Source: Blepharisma stoltei ATCC 30299 (taxonomy: Eukaryota; Protista; Ciliophora). From it: a DNA stretch of 64,000 nucleotides. Position 1 is the stretch's first letter; each line of letters starts with the position of its first letter. Both the position numbers and the translations under genes were made by a program. Below the pieces are notes generated by a model, which had not been told where the DNA came from, made no database searches, and saw nothing but the letters and a program-made list of their open reading frames with translations. The stretch spans positions 744,001 to 808,000 of the forward strand of contig CBFDEM010000002.1 of the NCBI GenBank assembly GCA_965603825.1, given 5' to 3'. Positions 27,011 through 39,243 of the stretch are shown here, one piece after another.

Positions 27011-27431
27011 TATAAGCCATGCTTGAGAAGTGTTGAAATTATTATGTCATCAAAATATAAAAAAAATATTTAGTTGTATATATTTTTAATCGGAAATCTA
27101 GTGATTTTTATTTTATCATTGATATGACTTATTTACTAGAAAAATAACACTCTCACATAATTACAGCGTTTTGGATATGGCTGTCTGACTATTTATAAGA
27201 GCTAGAATTTTAATTTTAAGATGACTGAGAAAGAAAAAGTTCTAAGTTCGATTCATTGCAGCACTTGCAGTATATTAATGAGTCAGAAAATTTCCGAAGA
27301 GCAAATTAAATAGGAAACTCTAATAAACCGGCATATTTAGTTCGAAAATGAACTATATATGCAGACTCTTTCATAATTTAATCAGAATGTTAACCAAGAC
27401 ATATAAACTACTTTTAATTGAGCTTAATTGA

Positions 27432-29318
27432 TTACTTAAATAATGATGAGATTGAGTGAGCAATTTCTGTTAAAGCCTTTATTATGCTATTTTTTTCAGT
27501 TCTGATTTTCATATCTTTCTCATTATCTAGCTCATGTTGGTTCTTTTTAATATCATATTCAATTTCATTCAAAATGTTATAATCTGGGTTGACAACTAAA
27601 AGTCTTTTTACTGATTCAGTTATCTTTTGCTGTGCTGATTTAACTTTATTATTGCAATCCTCACTCTCCAATATGCACTTGGATTCTTCTTTTGATTTTA
27701 TCTCGTAATTTTTGGTCGAAACCTCATATTTCTCTTTCATACCAGCTAATACGCTTGTGATTTCTTTTTCCACTCTTACAGGCTTCTTTTTATCGTGAAA
27801 ATGGACAGTATAGTCGCAACTACAAACATTGCATTTTACATCATCCATACAAGCGCAGCCAGTAAATATATTCGCGTTTGTGTTTATAGTATATTGCAGA
27901 CCGCACCGCTCGTGGCATAAGGTATTGCACCTGGAGCAAAGTGTATTGTGATAGGATGTTTCTACAGTTTCTGTCTGCCAAACTTTACTTTTAATTGTAT
28001 AGTTCTTGTTAATTTCAGCCGTAGCATCCAATAATTTTCTCTCAATGCTTATACCTGTAATTTTGTCTTGTAGCGCTATTCAGTTTTTCAAATTAATTTT
28101 TGCATCATTATAACCTTTCAATGCATTATTAATTTCATCTCTCATAGTGACGAAATCTTTTGTGCCGACTTCTTTATATTGTGAGAGATCTTTTATTAGC
28201 TCTTCAATTACTTCCATTGACAGTGCCCATTTTGATGTCAAAATTGCTTTTTTGGATAACCTCATTCCAGAGATATCTTCTAGCTTTACGTTGAAAGAAC
28301 TATTATCCATCATATAAGACTTTTGAATATCCAGTGGGATGCATTCTTCTTTAAATGTAACAGCTTCAGCTGAGTTTGTAAGTATAAGTCCAATATTTTG
28401 TCTTGCTGATAGAGGTAGAGAATTTCTTAATCTTACTAATGCATTTTCAACACTCAAGTCAAGCCTTGCGGAACTCCCATTTTGAACTATTATGATGGCA
28501 TTTATTTTAGTTGTCTTGCCCAAGAATTTGAGAATTTTCTGAATATTTATATTGTCTTGATCTGGCCCACTTGTATCACTTAATCCTGTCTAAAAATAAT
28601 TAATTAACTTTCTTACAGTCCTTGATTGAGGTTTCTTATTTTTACAGGAAGCCAGCACTACTGCAATGATAGATCTTCTGCAGGTACAATCTTATAAAGC
28701 TAGTTATTTGCCTAATTCAAAAATAATTTTCCTAATGATTTTGTATCTCTTTGAAAGAAAGAGATAAAATGGTTTTTCGACCTCTAATGATTGATGCTCA
28801 AGGCTCCTTAGAAGATAAATTATTGCACAATCTACGGCCAGGTCAAAAGGTCTAAAACTTTCCAAATATTTCTTAGAAAAGCTCCATAATCCTGGAGTAT
28901 CAATAAAAGTATAATTGCAGTTGTCTTTCGTATTACGAAATTCATAAGATGAGCAATCATCAGTCTGACTCAAATAGCTTTTTGCATTTCGTTCAGAATG
29001 AGTTTGTCCTTTTTGTGTTAATTTATAATACTCTGTAGGTATAACTACTTTCTTATTTTCTAAAGTGCCTCCTCCGAAGTAATTCGCTAAGTAATTGATG
29101 AAAGTTGATTTACCATGGCCCGTATGACCAACCAAAACACAAATAAATGATTTTGATTCTTTAGGCAGCTCTTTAGATTCTTCAAAAGTCTTTTTTGTTT
29201 CTTCGACGCATTTCTGATCATTTATAAAGCTTCCAGTTGGTGCATTAAACTCAGGATTGTCACTTTGCGTTTGATTTATCATCTCGTCTCTCTTTATTAA
29301 TTGCTCAGAACTCTCCAT
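27432..29318 (-). CDS. AIG1/septin-like GTPase copy B; an intact 526-aa ORF once the 306-bp insert is removed
   Basis: GHTGHGKST, DTPGL|SDTSG; all segments in frame after removing 306 bp; TGA at 28080 read as Trp. Confidence 0.8.
28581..28894 (-). mobile_element. Insert B: 306-bp retroelement-derived, IES-like insertion with TAATCCTG direct repeats (28581-28588, 28887-28894)
   Basis: Same site and similar ends (about 58 bp and 70 bp) as insert A; interior translates to RT-like CAIIYLLRSLEHQSLEVEKPFYLFL. Confidence 0.85.
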
Positions 29319-29669
29319 ATTTTTATAATAATGGTGGTTGTAAGTTAATTATTTGGACATTTTATTTAATAAATCGGGATTTCATTAATTTTGTAGAATC
29401 ATAAAAGGGATTTTTAAGTACATAGGCTTTATTGTTCTGAGAAGATAAATAAAATTTCTTAAAGACTGAAAAATCAAGCTAGATTGAATTTAAATAAAAT
29501 ATTGATAGAAGCGTAATTAATTATTCTTATATATTTAAAAAATATTAATTTAAAATTTATGTCTCTATAAGAATTGGGTAATTTCAATTCCTATTTCATA
29601 TAATAAAAGAGGAGTAAACATGCATATCTTTACTAAATTAAAAGAACAATTTATTTCTAATAAAGACGG

Positions 29670-30192
29670 TTAAGATCTTTTATTACGAGTCAGAAACTTC
29701 AATAAAATGAAAGTAAAAGCCGTACGCAGGTACTTAGCACGATAATTCCAACTGGTCCTTGCCATAACTCATCAGACCATCCCAAGTGTCCTAAAGAATC
29801 ACAGTTATCACAGTCTCTTTCCCAATCGTTGTATTCATTAACTGTAAACGCTTGAAAGACCCATTTAAAAGGCTAAATAATATTTACAGCAAGATAGGTA
29901 ATCCATCTCCACGCAAGCGGAATTGAGGTGACTTTTACATGCTGCCCTCCAAATGCAGTTATAGGGAAAAGAATGACAGTACTAAAAGCAAGAGCTGTTT
30001 CAACACTTGACATCATGTACCCAGTGATATAGTCAAAGGCCATACCACACTGCAGTGCCATAGCATAAATGCAGTAAAAAATCACATATTTAGATCCATC
30101 ATGGAGGTTGAGATCTAAGCTGAAATAAGCTATAACACTTGTAAGAAATCCAGAATTAAGATTCATGGCATTTCTGTAATGTCTTTTGCTAA
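29670..30192 (-). pseudogene. ABCG 3' fragment (copy 3/4 type) fused to a GTPase 3' flank
   Basis: Near-copy of 32980-33500; breaks at about 30193 into sequence matching the 20672 region. Confidence 0.85.
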
Positions 30193-30329
30193 GAGCAAAT
30201 TATATAGGAAGCTCTAATAAGTCGGCATATTTTATAATTTGAAAATGAATTATATATGCAGATTCTTTCATAATTTAATCAGAATGTTAATCTAGATATA
30301 TAAATTACTCTTAATTGAGCTTTATTGCA

Positions 30330-31341
30330 TTACTTCAATAATGATGAGACTGAGCTAGCAATTTCTGTTAAAGCTGATATTATGTTATTATGCAATTTGC
30401 TTCATTTCTTTTTTTTTTTCATTATTAGCTCAATTCTCGCCTTATTAATATCATAGTCTCTAATCTCTTGTGGAGGCTTCACTATATTGCGAGAGATCTT
30501 CTATTAGCTCTTCAATTACTTCCATTGACAATTCCCATTTGTAATTCAATATAATTTTTTTGAATCTGCTCATTTTAGAGAAATCTTCTAGTTTTACATT
30601 AAAAGCCACATTGTCCATCATATAAGACTTTTTAATACTCAACGGGATACAATTTTCATTAATTGAAGCACTTTCAGCTAAGTTTGTTAGTATAAGAGCG
30701 ATGTTTTCACTTATTGATAGAGGCAAAGAATTTTTCAATCTTTCATATGCATTTTTAAAACACAGGTCAAGTCTGTAGTTCCCATTTTGAACTATTATAA
30801 TAGCATTTATTTTTTTTGTCATATTCAAGAAATTGAGAATTTTCTGAATATTTCTATTGTCTTGATGTGGCCCGCTTGCACCACTTAATCCTAGAGTATC
30901 TATAAAAATATACTTGCAGTTGTCTTTCCTATTTAAAAATTCATAAGATGAACAATTTTCAGTTTGACTCAAATAGAGTTCTGGATTTCTTTCAGAATGA
31001 TTAAATCCATTTTCTGTTACTAATTTGTAATAATCTGTAGGTATGACTACTTTCCTATTCTCTAGAGTGCCATCTCTTAAGTAATTCGCTAAGTAATTGA
31101 TTAAAGTTGATTTACCATGGCCTATAGGACCAATCAAAACACAAACAAATGATTTTGATACTGCTTGAATCTTTTTCGACTCTTCAGGGGGCTTTTTCGA
31201 TTTTTCAGGTGGCTTTTTTGCTTCTTCGACGCATTTCTGATCATTTATAAAGCTTCCAGTTGGTGCATTAAACTCAGGATTGTCACTTTGCGTTTGATTT
31301 ATCATCTCGTCTCTCTTTATTAATTGCTCAGAACTCTCCAT
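30330..31341 (-). pseudogene. GTPase copy C: uninterrupted G domain (empty site) but Cys-rich/coiled region deleted near 30455
   Basis: GPIGHGKST, DTLGLSGASG with no insert; ORF stops TAG at 30460; residual C-terminal sequence 30330-30455. Confidence 0.8.
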
Positions 31342-31719
31342 ATTTTTATAATAATGGTGGTTGTAAGTTAATTATTTGGACATTTTATTTAATAAATAGG
31401 GATTTCATTAATTTTTGTAGAATCATAAAAGGGATTTTTAAGTACATAGGCTTTATTGTTCTGAGAAGATAAATAAAATTTCTTAAAGACTGAAAAATCA
31501 AGCTAGATTGAATTTAAATAAAATATTGATAGAAGCGTAATTAAATATAAGCATAAAAAAAAAGAAGCAACTTGTATATAAATATTTAAAATAATTTCTT
31601 GATATAATTATTGTTTGGCATCAGGGATATGAGAACTTATGTCTTTTTGTATATATACATTAAAATGGCATCAAGAACCAATACTAATTGCCAATTCTGT
31701 TGTCAGCTATTTTTGCTAA

Positions 31720-31965
31720 GTTTAAATTATTAGAATCTCTTCTATTTTTCCTAATCTTTCTTTAGCTATTCTATAGCATTTCAAGCTACATAGAGCATTA
31801 GGCCTTCTCTTTGGAGTAAAACTGTTAGCAAAATATTATTTTGAGTCACACAAGCTGCCTATTTGTTTAAATTGAACTTTTTTGCTCATTTCCATTATCT
31901 GTGATTGTGCCAGTCCATTCTGCACTTATTACCCTATTTACTAAAATATTTAAAAGCGAGGTCAT
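31720..31965 (-). pseudogene. Highly decayed ABCG NBD relic
   Basis: Recognisable nucleotide similarity to the TSLLNIL.NRV...AAYVTQDD.L..VLTP region of 41150-41375. Confidence 0.6.
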
Positions 31966-32979
31966 CACATAGTCGCTATACTCTATTAAATTGAATTAAT
32001 TATTGACTACAATTTGATTCTTAAATGTGCAAGAAAGCGCAATAAATAGGGCAATCTAGCTTCAAGAGTGTTTAATAGCAAAATATTTATTTAATCTTCT
32101 TAAAAACGTAGATTTTTAGCACCATTTGCTCAAGGTTGAACTAAGTGAACAGTTCTTATTTTCATGAGCTAATAAATCTATTAAATAATATGAGATTTTA
32201 TATATATGACACAAAATTGAAAGAATGCTCAAATCATAAAGAATGCGCTATTTTGATGTGCTTTGAGAAACATTTTCCTGCTAAAATAATATATTAGTGA
32301 GGATAAAAGGTCATTTTAATAAGTTTTCGCAGCACTTAATAGCATCTTTTCTCTAATAGAAAAAGAGATGAAATTCGTTTTTTATGTAGAGATAACTTAA
32401 TGGTGATTTAGTGATATAATGATTTAACTTTTATTAAGAGAAGCTCTTATTATTTTAGATGATTTTGAAAATTACATATGTGACGTGGTCAACCTTAAAT
32501 TTGAGTAAATATACACTATTTATTTTACAGACTTAACAGTATTATAGTTCATGAGCTTAAAGTTTTTTAGAGCTTATTTTAATGGTTTTTAGCTCTATGT
32601 TATTAGCTACGTTTAAGGCATATAGATTTATTATCTCTATAAATATTGAAACCTTTTTTATTGATTATAAACCATGTATTCTCTAATTCTAGAAATTCAG
32701 ATAAATTTTTGATTTTGGCTAAATTAAATTGGCATCAGACCTACTTAGATAGAATATTTTTAAAGGTCAATTTCGAGATTTTATCAATCTTTTATTTCAG
32801 CTTGAGAGGGGAAAGATAAATTAGCAAGACTAACAGCAGACTTACTCATATATTTAAAAAAATATTAATTTAAAATTTATGTCTCTATAAGAATTGGGTG
32901 CTATTTTATAAAATAAAAGAGGAGTAAACATACATATCTTTACTAAATTAGAAGACCAATTTATTTCTAATATTGATGG

Positions 32980-34869
32980 TTAAGATCTTTTATTACGAGT
33001 TAGAAACTTCAATAAAATGAAAGCAAGAAGCCGTACGCAGGTGCTTAACACAATAATTCCAACTGGTCCTTGCCATAACTCATCAGACCATCCCAAGTGT
33101 CCTAAAGAATCACAGTTATCACAGTCTCTCCCCCAATCATTGTATTCATTAACTGTAAACGCTTGAAAGACCCATTTAAAAGGCTAAATAATATTTACAG
33201 CAAGATAGGTAATCCATCTCCACGCAATCGGAATTGAGGTGACTTTTACATGCTGTCCTCCAAATGCAGTTATAGGGAAAAGAATGACAGTGCTAAACGC
33301 AAGAGCTGTTTCAACACTTGACATCATGTACCCAGTGATATAGCCAAAGGCCATACCACACTGCAGCGCCATAACATAAATGCAGTAAAATATCACATAT
33401 TTAGATCCATCATGGAGGTTGAGATCTAAACTGAAATAAGCTATAACACTGGTAAGAAATCCAGCAACGAAGGTTCATGGCAAATCAACAATGTTTTTCG
33501 ATAAGAAATAAGTCAATGTTCCATAGAGCCCTTCATCATGCTCTTTTAAAAAGACCGCTCTCTCCACATAATCTAAATAATTCTTACAGTTCATAATAAC
33601 TGCTTGATTTCCTTCCATTATTGCCCAAATAGTAATCATATATAAAGCCCCATTGGTGTTTTGCATGGCTTTTTGACCGTTGCCTATGTCATTAAAGATT
33701 AATGCTATCAGAGTTCCAAAAAGAATGGAGAATACTATATGGAGTTTTATTAAGGGTCTGTTTTTGGCTGCTAGCTTGCCTGATCTTTTGAGTAACTCCA
33801 AAAATTCAACCAAATAACTTGGACGATAGCCTTCTATTTCGTGCAGCTCGGTAAGCTCATATTTTGACTCAGTATCTTTTACATGATTTTCGTTATAGCT
33901 TCCAACAAACAAATCAAGTTTGTTTTGCTCCTCTTCTGTTTTTTCATGTCTGTTTGTTATATGGAGCATTCTCATATAGTAATCGGCTGGATTTACTTGT
34001 TTTGGGCATTTGTATCCGAGTTCTGCGAAATATTTTCTTGATATATCGCATGGGCCATGATAGACTACGTTTCCTTCAGCAAGAAGAAACAGTTTGTCGA
34101 ATTTTTTAAAAACATTGGAACTTGGTTGGTGGATTGTGGAAATAATTGTTCTGCCTTTAGCAGCTTGCTTTAACAGTAAATCGACTACAACTCCTGCATT
34201 ATAACTGTCTAGACCCGAAGTCGGTTCGTCTAACATAACAATGCAAGGATCAGACATAAGCTCGATTCCTATGCAAACCCTCTTTTTTTCTCCACCAGAA
34301 ATTCCTTTAATCATTGTATTGCCAATCAGATTATCAGCAATTCTTGCAATGTTGAGGTCATTCAGAATTTCTTCGACCTTAGCATGTCTTTCTTTATCTG
34401 TTCCAGGGCATCTTAGCTTGGAATAAAATTTTAGGCAATCTCTTGGAGTCAACACTGCGAGTAAAACGTCATCTTGGGTAACATAGGCTGCGTACTTACT
34501 TATATTGAATTCTTTGGTATCTTTACCATTAGCGAAAATAGTCCCAGTCATTTCTGCTTTATTTCCGCTTCTAGCTCGATTTGCCAAAATATTCAAAAGT
34601 GAAGTTTTGCCTGAGCCTGATGCACCCATAATAGCTAAGAATTCTCCAGGATTTGCATGTCCAGAGACGCCTTTTAATATATGCATTCTTTTACCCTCAA
34701 CAGATGCATAATAATTTACATCTTCCCATGAAAGCTGCACATAGCGATTAAGTTGATCATCAGCTTGTAAGTGAATTTTATCATCTTTCCCATTAGTATG
34801 GCGATTAGATGAGTAATAATCACTTAGGTTTTCTTCGCTTTCTTTTGGGGAAATTTGGTTCTCAAACAT
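32980..34869 (-). CDS. ABCG half transporter copy 3; introns 33184-33198, 33573-33587
   Basis: Complete motifs, TGA=Trp at 33475, ends TAA. Confidence 0.9.
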
Positions 34870-35713
34870 TATAAACCATATTGGAGGCTGTTACAAATAT
34901 GGACTCATTACGTAATTATTCAACTTGGAGAAAATTTTTTTTTATCCATTTACAAATATGAAGCATAAAGCGTTTGAAATTTTTAAATTCTTAGTGATTC
35001 TATCCGAGTCTTAATAGCGATAGTATCCCTATATTGAAATTCAAATTTAATTGAAGTGTTTTATCTAAAAAAATTTTTAATAAAAAAAATTTGATAAATA
35101 ATTCTTCTCAAATGATGATAGTTTGCCTTTTAAGGGCAATCTTCTAATTAATTATATATCAGCATCAATTGCTGAATTTTTAATTATAAAAAAGGTGAAT
35201 TTAATTTTCTATTTTATTCAGTTCTATTACATTGAAAAATCAAGCATAGCATTTGATCAGGAACAGATAGGTATTATAAAGGTTTAAACGAAATTTTTCA
35301 ACATTTAAAAATTTTATTTTCTTCCGTAGCCTGAAGAAATCAAAATAATAATCTTATACAATAAAATATTAAGAAAGCATTTATTATCTATACTAATATC
35401 AACAGCGATATGCTGCTAAAGGATTTGCCATGCTCGATATGGATTTAGTATAATTCTTCCCTGCATGATAAGTTTCGCAAGCTAAATTTGATCATAATTA
35501 TATAAAAAATGAAAGAATTTTATCATGAGTCCATATATATATAAATTATTAAAATTAAGTTAATTTGATAGTAAGCTCTGACAATCATTTGCATTTTTCA
35601 ATTCATAAAAATAATCATTTCCTAATTAATATTTAAAATCTGTTCTATAATAAAAAATAAAAAATTTTATTTATCTAGTCTGGCTCAGTTTAATTTATAT
35701 AAAATACGTTAAG

Positions 35714-36028
35714 TTAAGTACTTTTACTTCGGGTCTGTAATTTCAAAATAAAATACGAAATAAGCCTGGCACAAGCGCTGATCATCAGTATATCAATGAT
35801 GCCTTACCATAGCTCATCAGACCATCCCAAGTCTCCGATAGGATCGCATTCTGTCTCACAATCTTTTTCCCAATCCGTATATTCATTAGCAGAAAACGCT
35901 TGAAAAGTCCATTTAAAAGGCTAAATAATTTTTACAGTAATATACGTAACCCATCTCCAAGCCAGCGGAATTGAATTGATATTTACATTTTCTCCTCCAA
36001 ATGCAGTGAGAGGGAAGAGAACTACTGT
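35714..36028 (-). pseudogene. ABCG 3' fragment (copy 5 type)
   Basis: 35600-36028 nearly identical to 39140-39558. Confidence 0.85.
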
Positions 36029-36526
36029 AATAGGTTCGAACTAGAGCTTCTTATATGACATAAAATTGATATAAAGAATGCGCTATTTTGATGTTCTTTG
36101 AGACATATTTTCCTGTTGAAATAATATATGCTTTTGTGAGAATAGAAGGCCATTTTAGGAAGTTTTATCAGCACCAAATAATGCCTTTTCTCTAAAAGAA
36201 AAGATCAAATTCGTTTTTTGTTAAGGCAGCTTATTGGTGATTTAGTGGCATAATGATTTAATTTTATTAAAAGAAGCTTTTATTATTTTAAATGGTTTGA
36301 AATTACTTACCTAAATTTGAGATTTTATAAGAGGGGTTAAAATAATGATGCATAAATTAGCAGAAATAACTGTAGACTTACTCTTGTTATAATATAAATA
36401 AAATAATTAAAAACTTAAAATCTCTTTAAGCATTGGCTAATTTCAATTGAATTCATATATAATAATCAGGAGTAAATATGCATATCTCTATTAAATTAGA
36501 AGACTAATTTATTTTAATATTGATGG

Positions 36527-38418
36527 TTAAGATCTTTTATTGCGAGTCTGCAACTTCAATAAAAAGAAAGCAAGAAGCCGTACGCAGGTGCTTAAAACAA
36601 TAATTCCAGCTGGCCCTTGCCATAACTCATCAGACCATCCCAAGCGTCCTAAAGGATCACACTTTGTATCACAGTCTCTTTCCCAATCATTGTACTCATT
36701 AACTGTAAACGCTTGAAAGACCCATTTAAAAGGCTAAATAATATTTACAGTGATATAGGTAATCCATCTCCAAGCAATCGGAATTGAGGTGACTTTTACA
36801 TGCTGTCCTCCAAATGCAGTTATAGGGAAAAGAATGACAGTGCTAAACGCAAGAGCTGTTTCAACACTTGACATCATGTACCCAGTGATATAGCCAAAGG
36901 CCATACCACACTGCAGCGCCATAACATAAATACAGTAAAAAATCACAAATTTTGACTCATCATGGAGGTTGAGATCTAAGCTGAAATAAGCTATAACACT
37001 GGTAAGAAATCCAGCAACGAAGGTTCATGGCAAATCAACAATGTTTTTAGATAAGAAATAAGACCATGTTCCATAGAGCCCTTCATCATGCTCTTTTAAA
37101 AAAACCGCTCTCTCAACATAATCTAAATAAATTTTACAGTTCATAATAACTGCATGGTTTCCGCTCATTATTGCCCAAATAGAAATCATATATAAAACTC
37201 CATTGGTGTTTTGCATGGCTTTTTGTCCATTGCCTATGTCATTAAAGATTAATGCTATCAGAGTTCCAAAAAGGATGGCGAATACCAATTGGAGCTTTAT
37301 TAAAGGTCTGTTTTTGGCTGCTAACTTGCCTGATCTTTTAAGTAATTGCAAAAACTCAACCAAATAATTTGGACGGTAGCCTTCTATTTCGTGAAGCTCG
37401 GTAAGCTCACACTTTGTCTCAATATCTTTTACATGTTTTTCTTTATAGTTTTCAACTAACAGTCAAGTTTGCCTTGCTCCTCTTCAGTAATCTCGTGTCT
37501 ATTTGTTATATGGAGCATTCTCATATAGTAATCGGCTGGATTTACTTGTTTTGGGCATTTGTATCCGAGCTCTGCAAAATATTTTCTTGATTTATCACAT
37601 GGACCATGATAAACTACGTTTCCTTCAGCAAGAAGAAACAGTTTATCGAATTTTTTAAAGACATTGGAACTTGGCTGGTGGATTGTGGATATAATTGTTC
37701 TGCCTTTAGCAGCTTGCTTTAACAGTAAATCGACTACAACTCCTGCATTATAACTGTCTAGACCCGAAGTCGGTTCGTCTAACATAATAATGCAAGGATC
37801 AGACATAAGCTCGATTCCTATGCAAACCCTCTTTTTTTCTCCACCAGAAATTCCTTTAATCATTGCATTGCCTATCAGATTTTCAGCAATTCTTGCAATA
37901 TTAAGGTCATTCAGAATTTCTTCGACCTTAGCATGTCTTTCTTTATCTGTTCCAGGGCATCTTAGCTTGGCATAAAACATTAAGCAATCTCTTGGAGTCA
38001 AAACTGGGAGTAAAACATCGTCTTGGGTTACATAGGCCGCATACTTACTTATATTGAATTCTTTGGCATCTTTACCATTAGCGAAAATAGTCCCAGTCAT
38101 TTCTGCTTTATTTCCGCTTCTAGCTCGATTTGCCAAAATATTCAAAAGTGAAGTTTTGCCTGAGCCTGATGCACCCATAATAGCCAGAAACTCTCCAGGA
38201 TTTGCATGTCCAGAGACGCCTTTCAATATATGCATTCTTTTACCATCAACAGATGCATAATAGTTTACATCTTCCCACGAAAGCTGCACATGGCGATGAA
38301 GTTGGCCATCAGCTTGTAAGTGAATATTCTCATCTTTACCATTAGTATGGATATCAGAAGAGTAGTGTTCACTTCGGCTTTCTTCGCTTTCTTTTGGGGA
38401 AATTTGGTTATCAAACAT
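36527..38418 (-). pseudogene. ABCG copy 4 with a single 1-nt deletion near 37460 (recent pseudogene or assembly error); introns 36734-36748, 37123-37137
   Basis: Span 1892 versus 1893 bp; GAC TG TTA versus GAC TTG TTT in copy 1. Confidence 0.75.
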
Positions 38419-39243
38419 TATTTACCATATTTAAAGCTGTTACAAATATGGACTCAATTGGAGAAAATTTTTTACCCATTTTTAAATATGAAGCATAAGG
38501 AATTTAAGATTTTTCAATTCTTCGTGATATTGTCTGTGCCCTTAATAGCGATAATATCATTTTTTGGAAATTTAACTTCAATTGAAATGTTTTATCTAAA
38601 AAAAATTTATAAAAAAATAAAGTAATAAATAATTATTCTCAGATGATAATAATATGTTTTTTAAGGGCAATCTTTTCCATTAATTATATATCAGCATCAG
38701 TTGGTGAATTTTCAATTGCAAAAAAGATGAATTTAATTTCCTATTTAATTGAACTTTATTCCCTTTTTTAAAATCAAGGATAGTATTTGAGCAGGACAGA
38801 TATGTATTATATAGGTTTAAAAGTAATGAATTGATAGATAAAAATTTTAATTCTTTATGAAACCTTAAGAAATTCTAAATAATATTGGTAGATCATAAAA
38901 TATTGAGAAAGTGTTCGCTACCTATACTAATATCAGCAGCGAAATATTTCTAAGGATATGGCATGCTAAATATGTGTTTAATATAATTCTTCCCAGTATG
39001 ATAATTTGAGCAAGCCAAAATTTATTTATAATTATATAAAAAATGAAAGGATTTTATCATAAGTCCATATATATTTATTAAAATTAGATAATTATGCATA
39101 ATAAGCCTCCACAATCATTTGCATTTTTCAATGCATAAAAATTATCATTTCCTAATTAATATTTAAAATCTGTTCTATAATAAAAAATAAAAAATTTTAT
39201 TTATCTAGTCTGGCTCAGTTTAATTTATATAAAATACGTTAAG

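Noticed and set aside
31545-32845. 1.3-kb segment absent from the 29520 copy as an IES
   Set aside because: It contains an ABCG relic and sequence paralogous to 36050-36380, so a deletion in the other copy is more likely
36030-36047. GGTTCGAAC (and GTTCGATTC at about 27246) as tRNA T-loop or B box
   Set aside because: No cloverleaf, and not conserved in the paralogous intergenic copies
17576-38260. Recurrent plus-strand ORFs (MQGSDISS..., MNSLASLP...)
   Set aside because: Antisense shadows of the conserved ABC NBD
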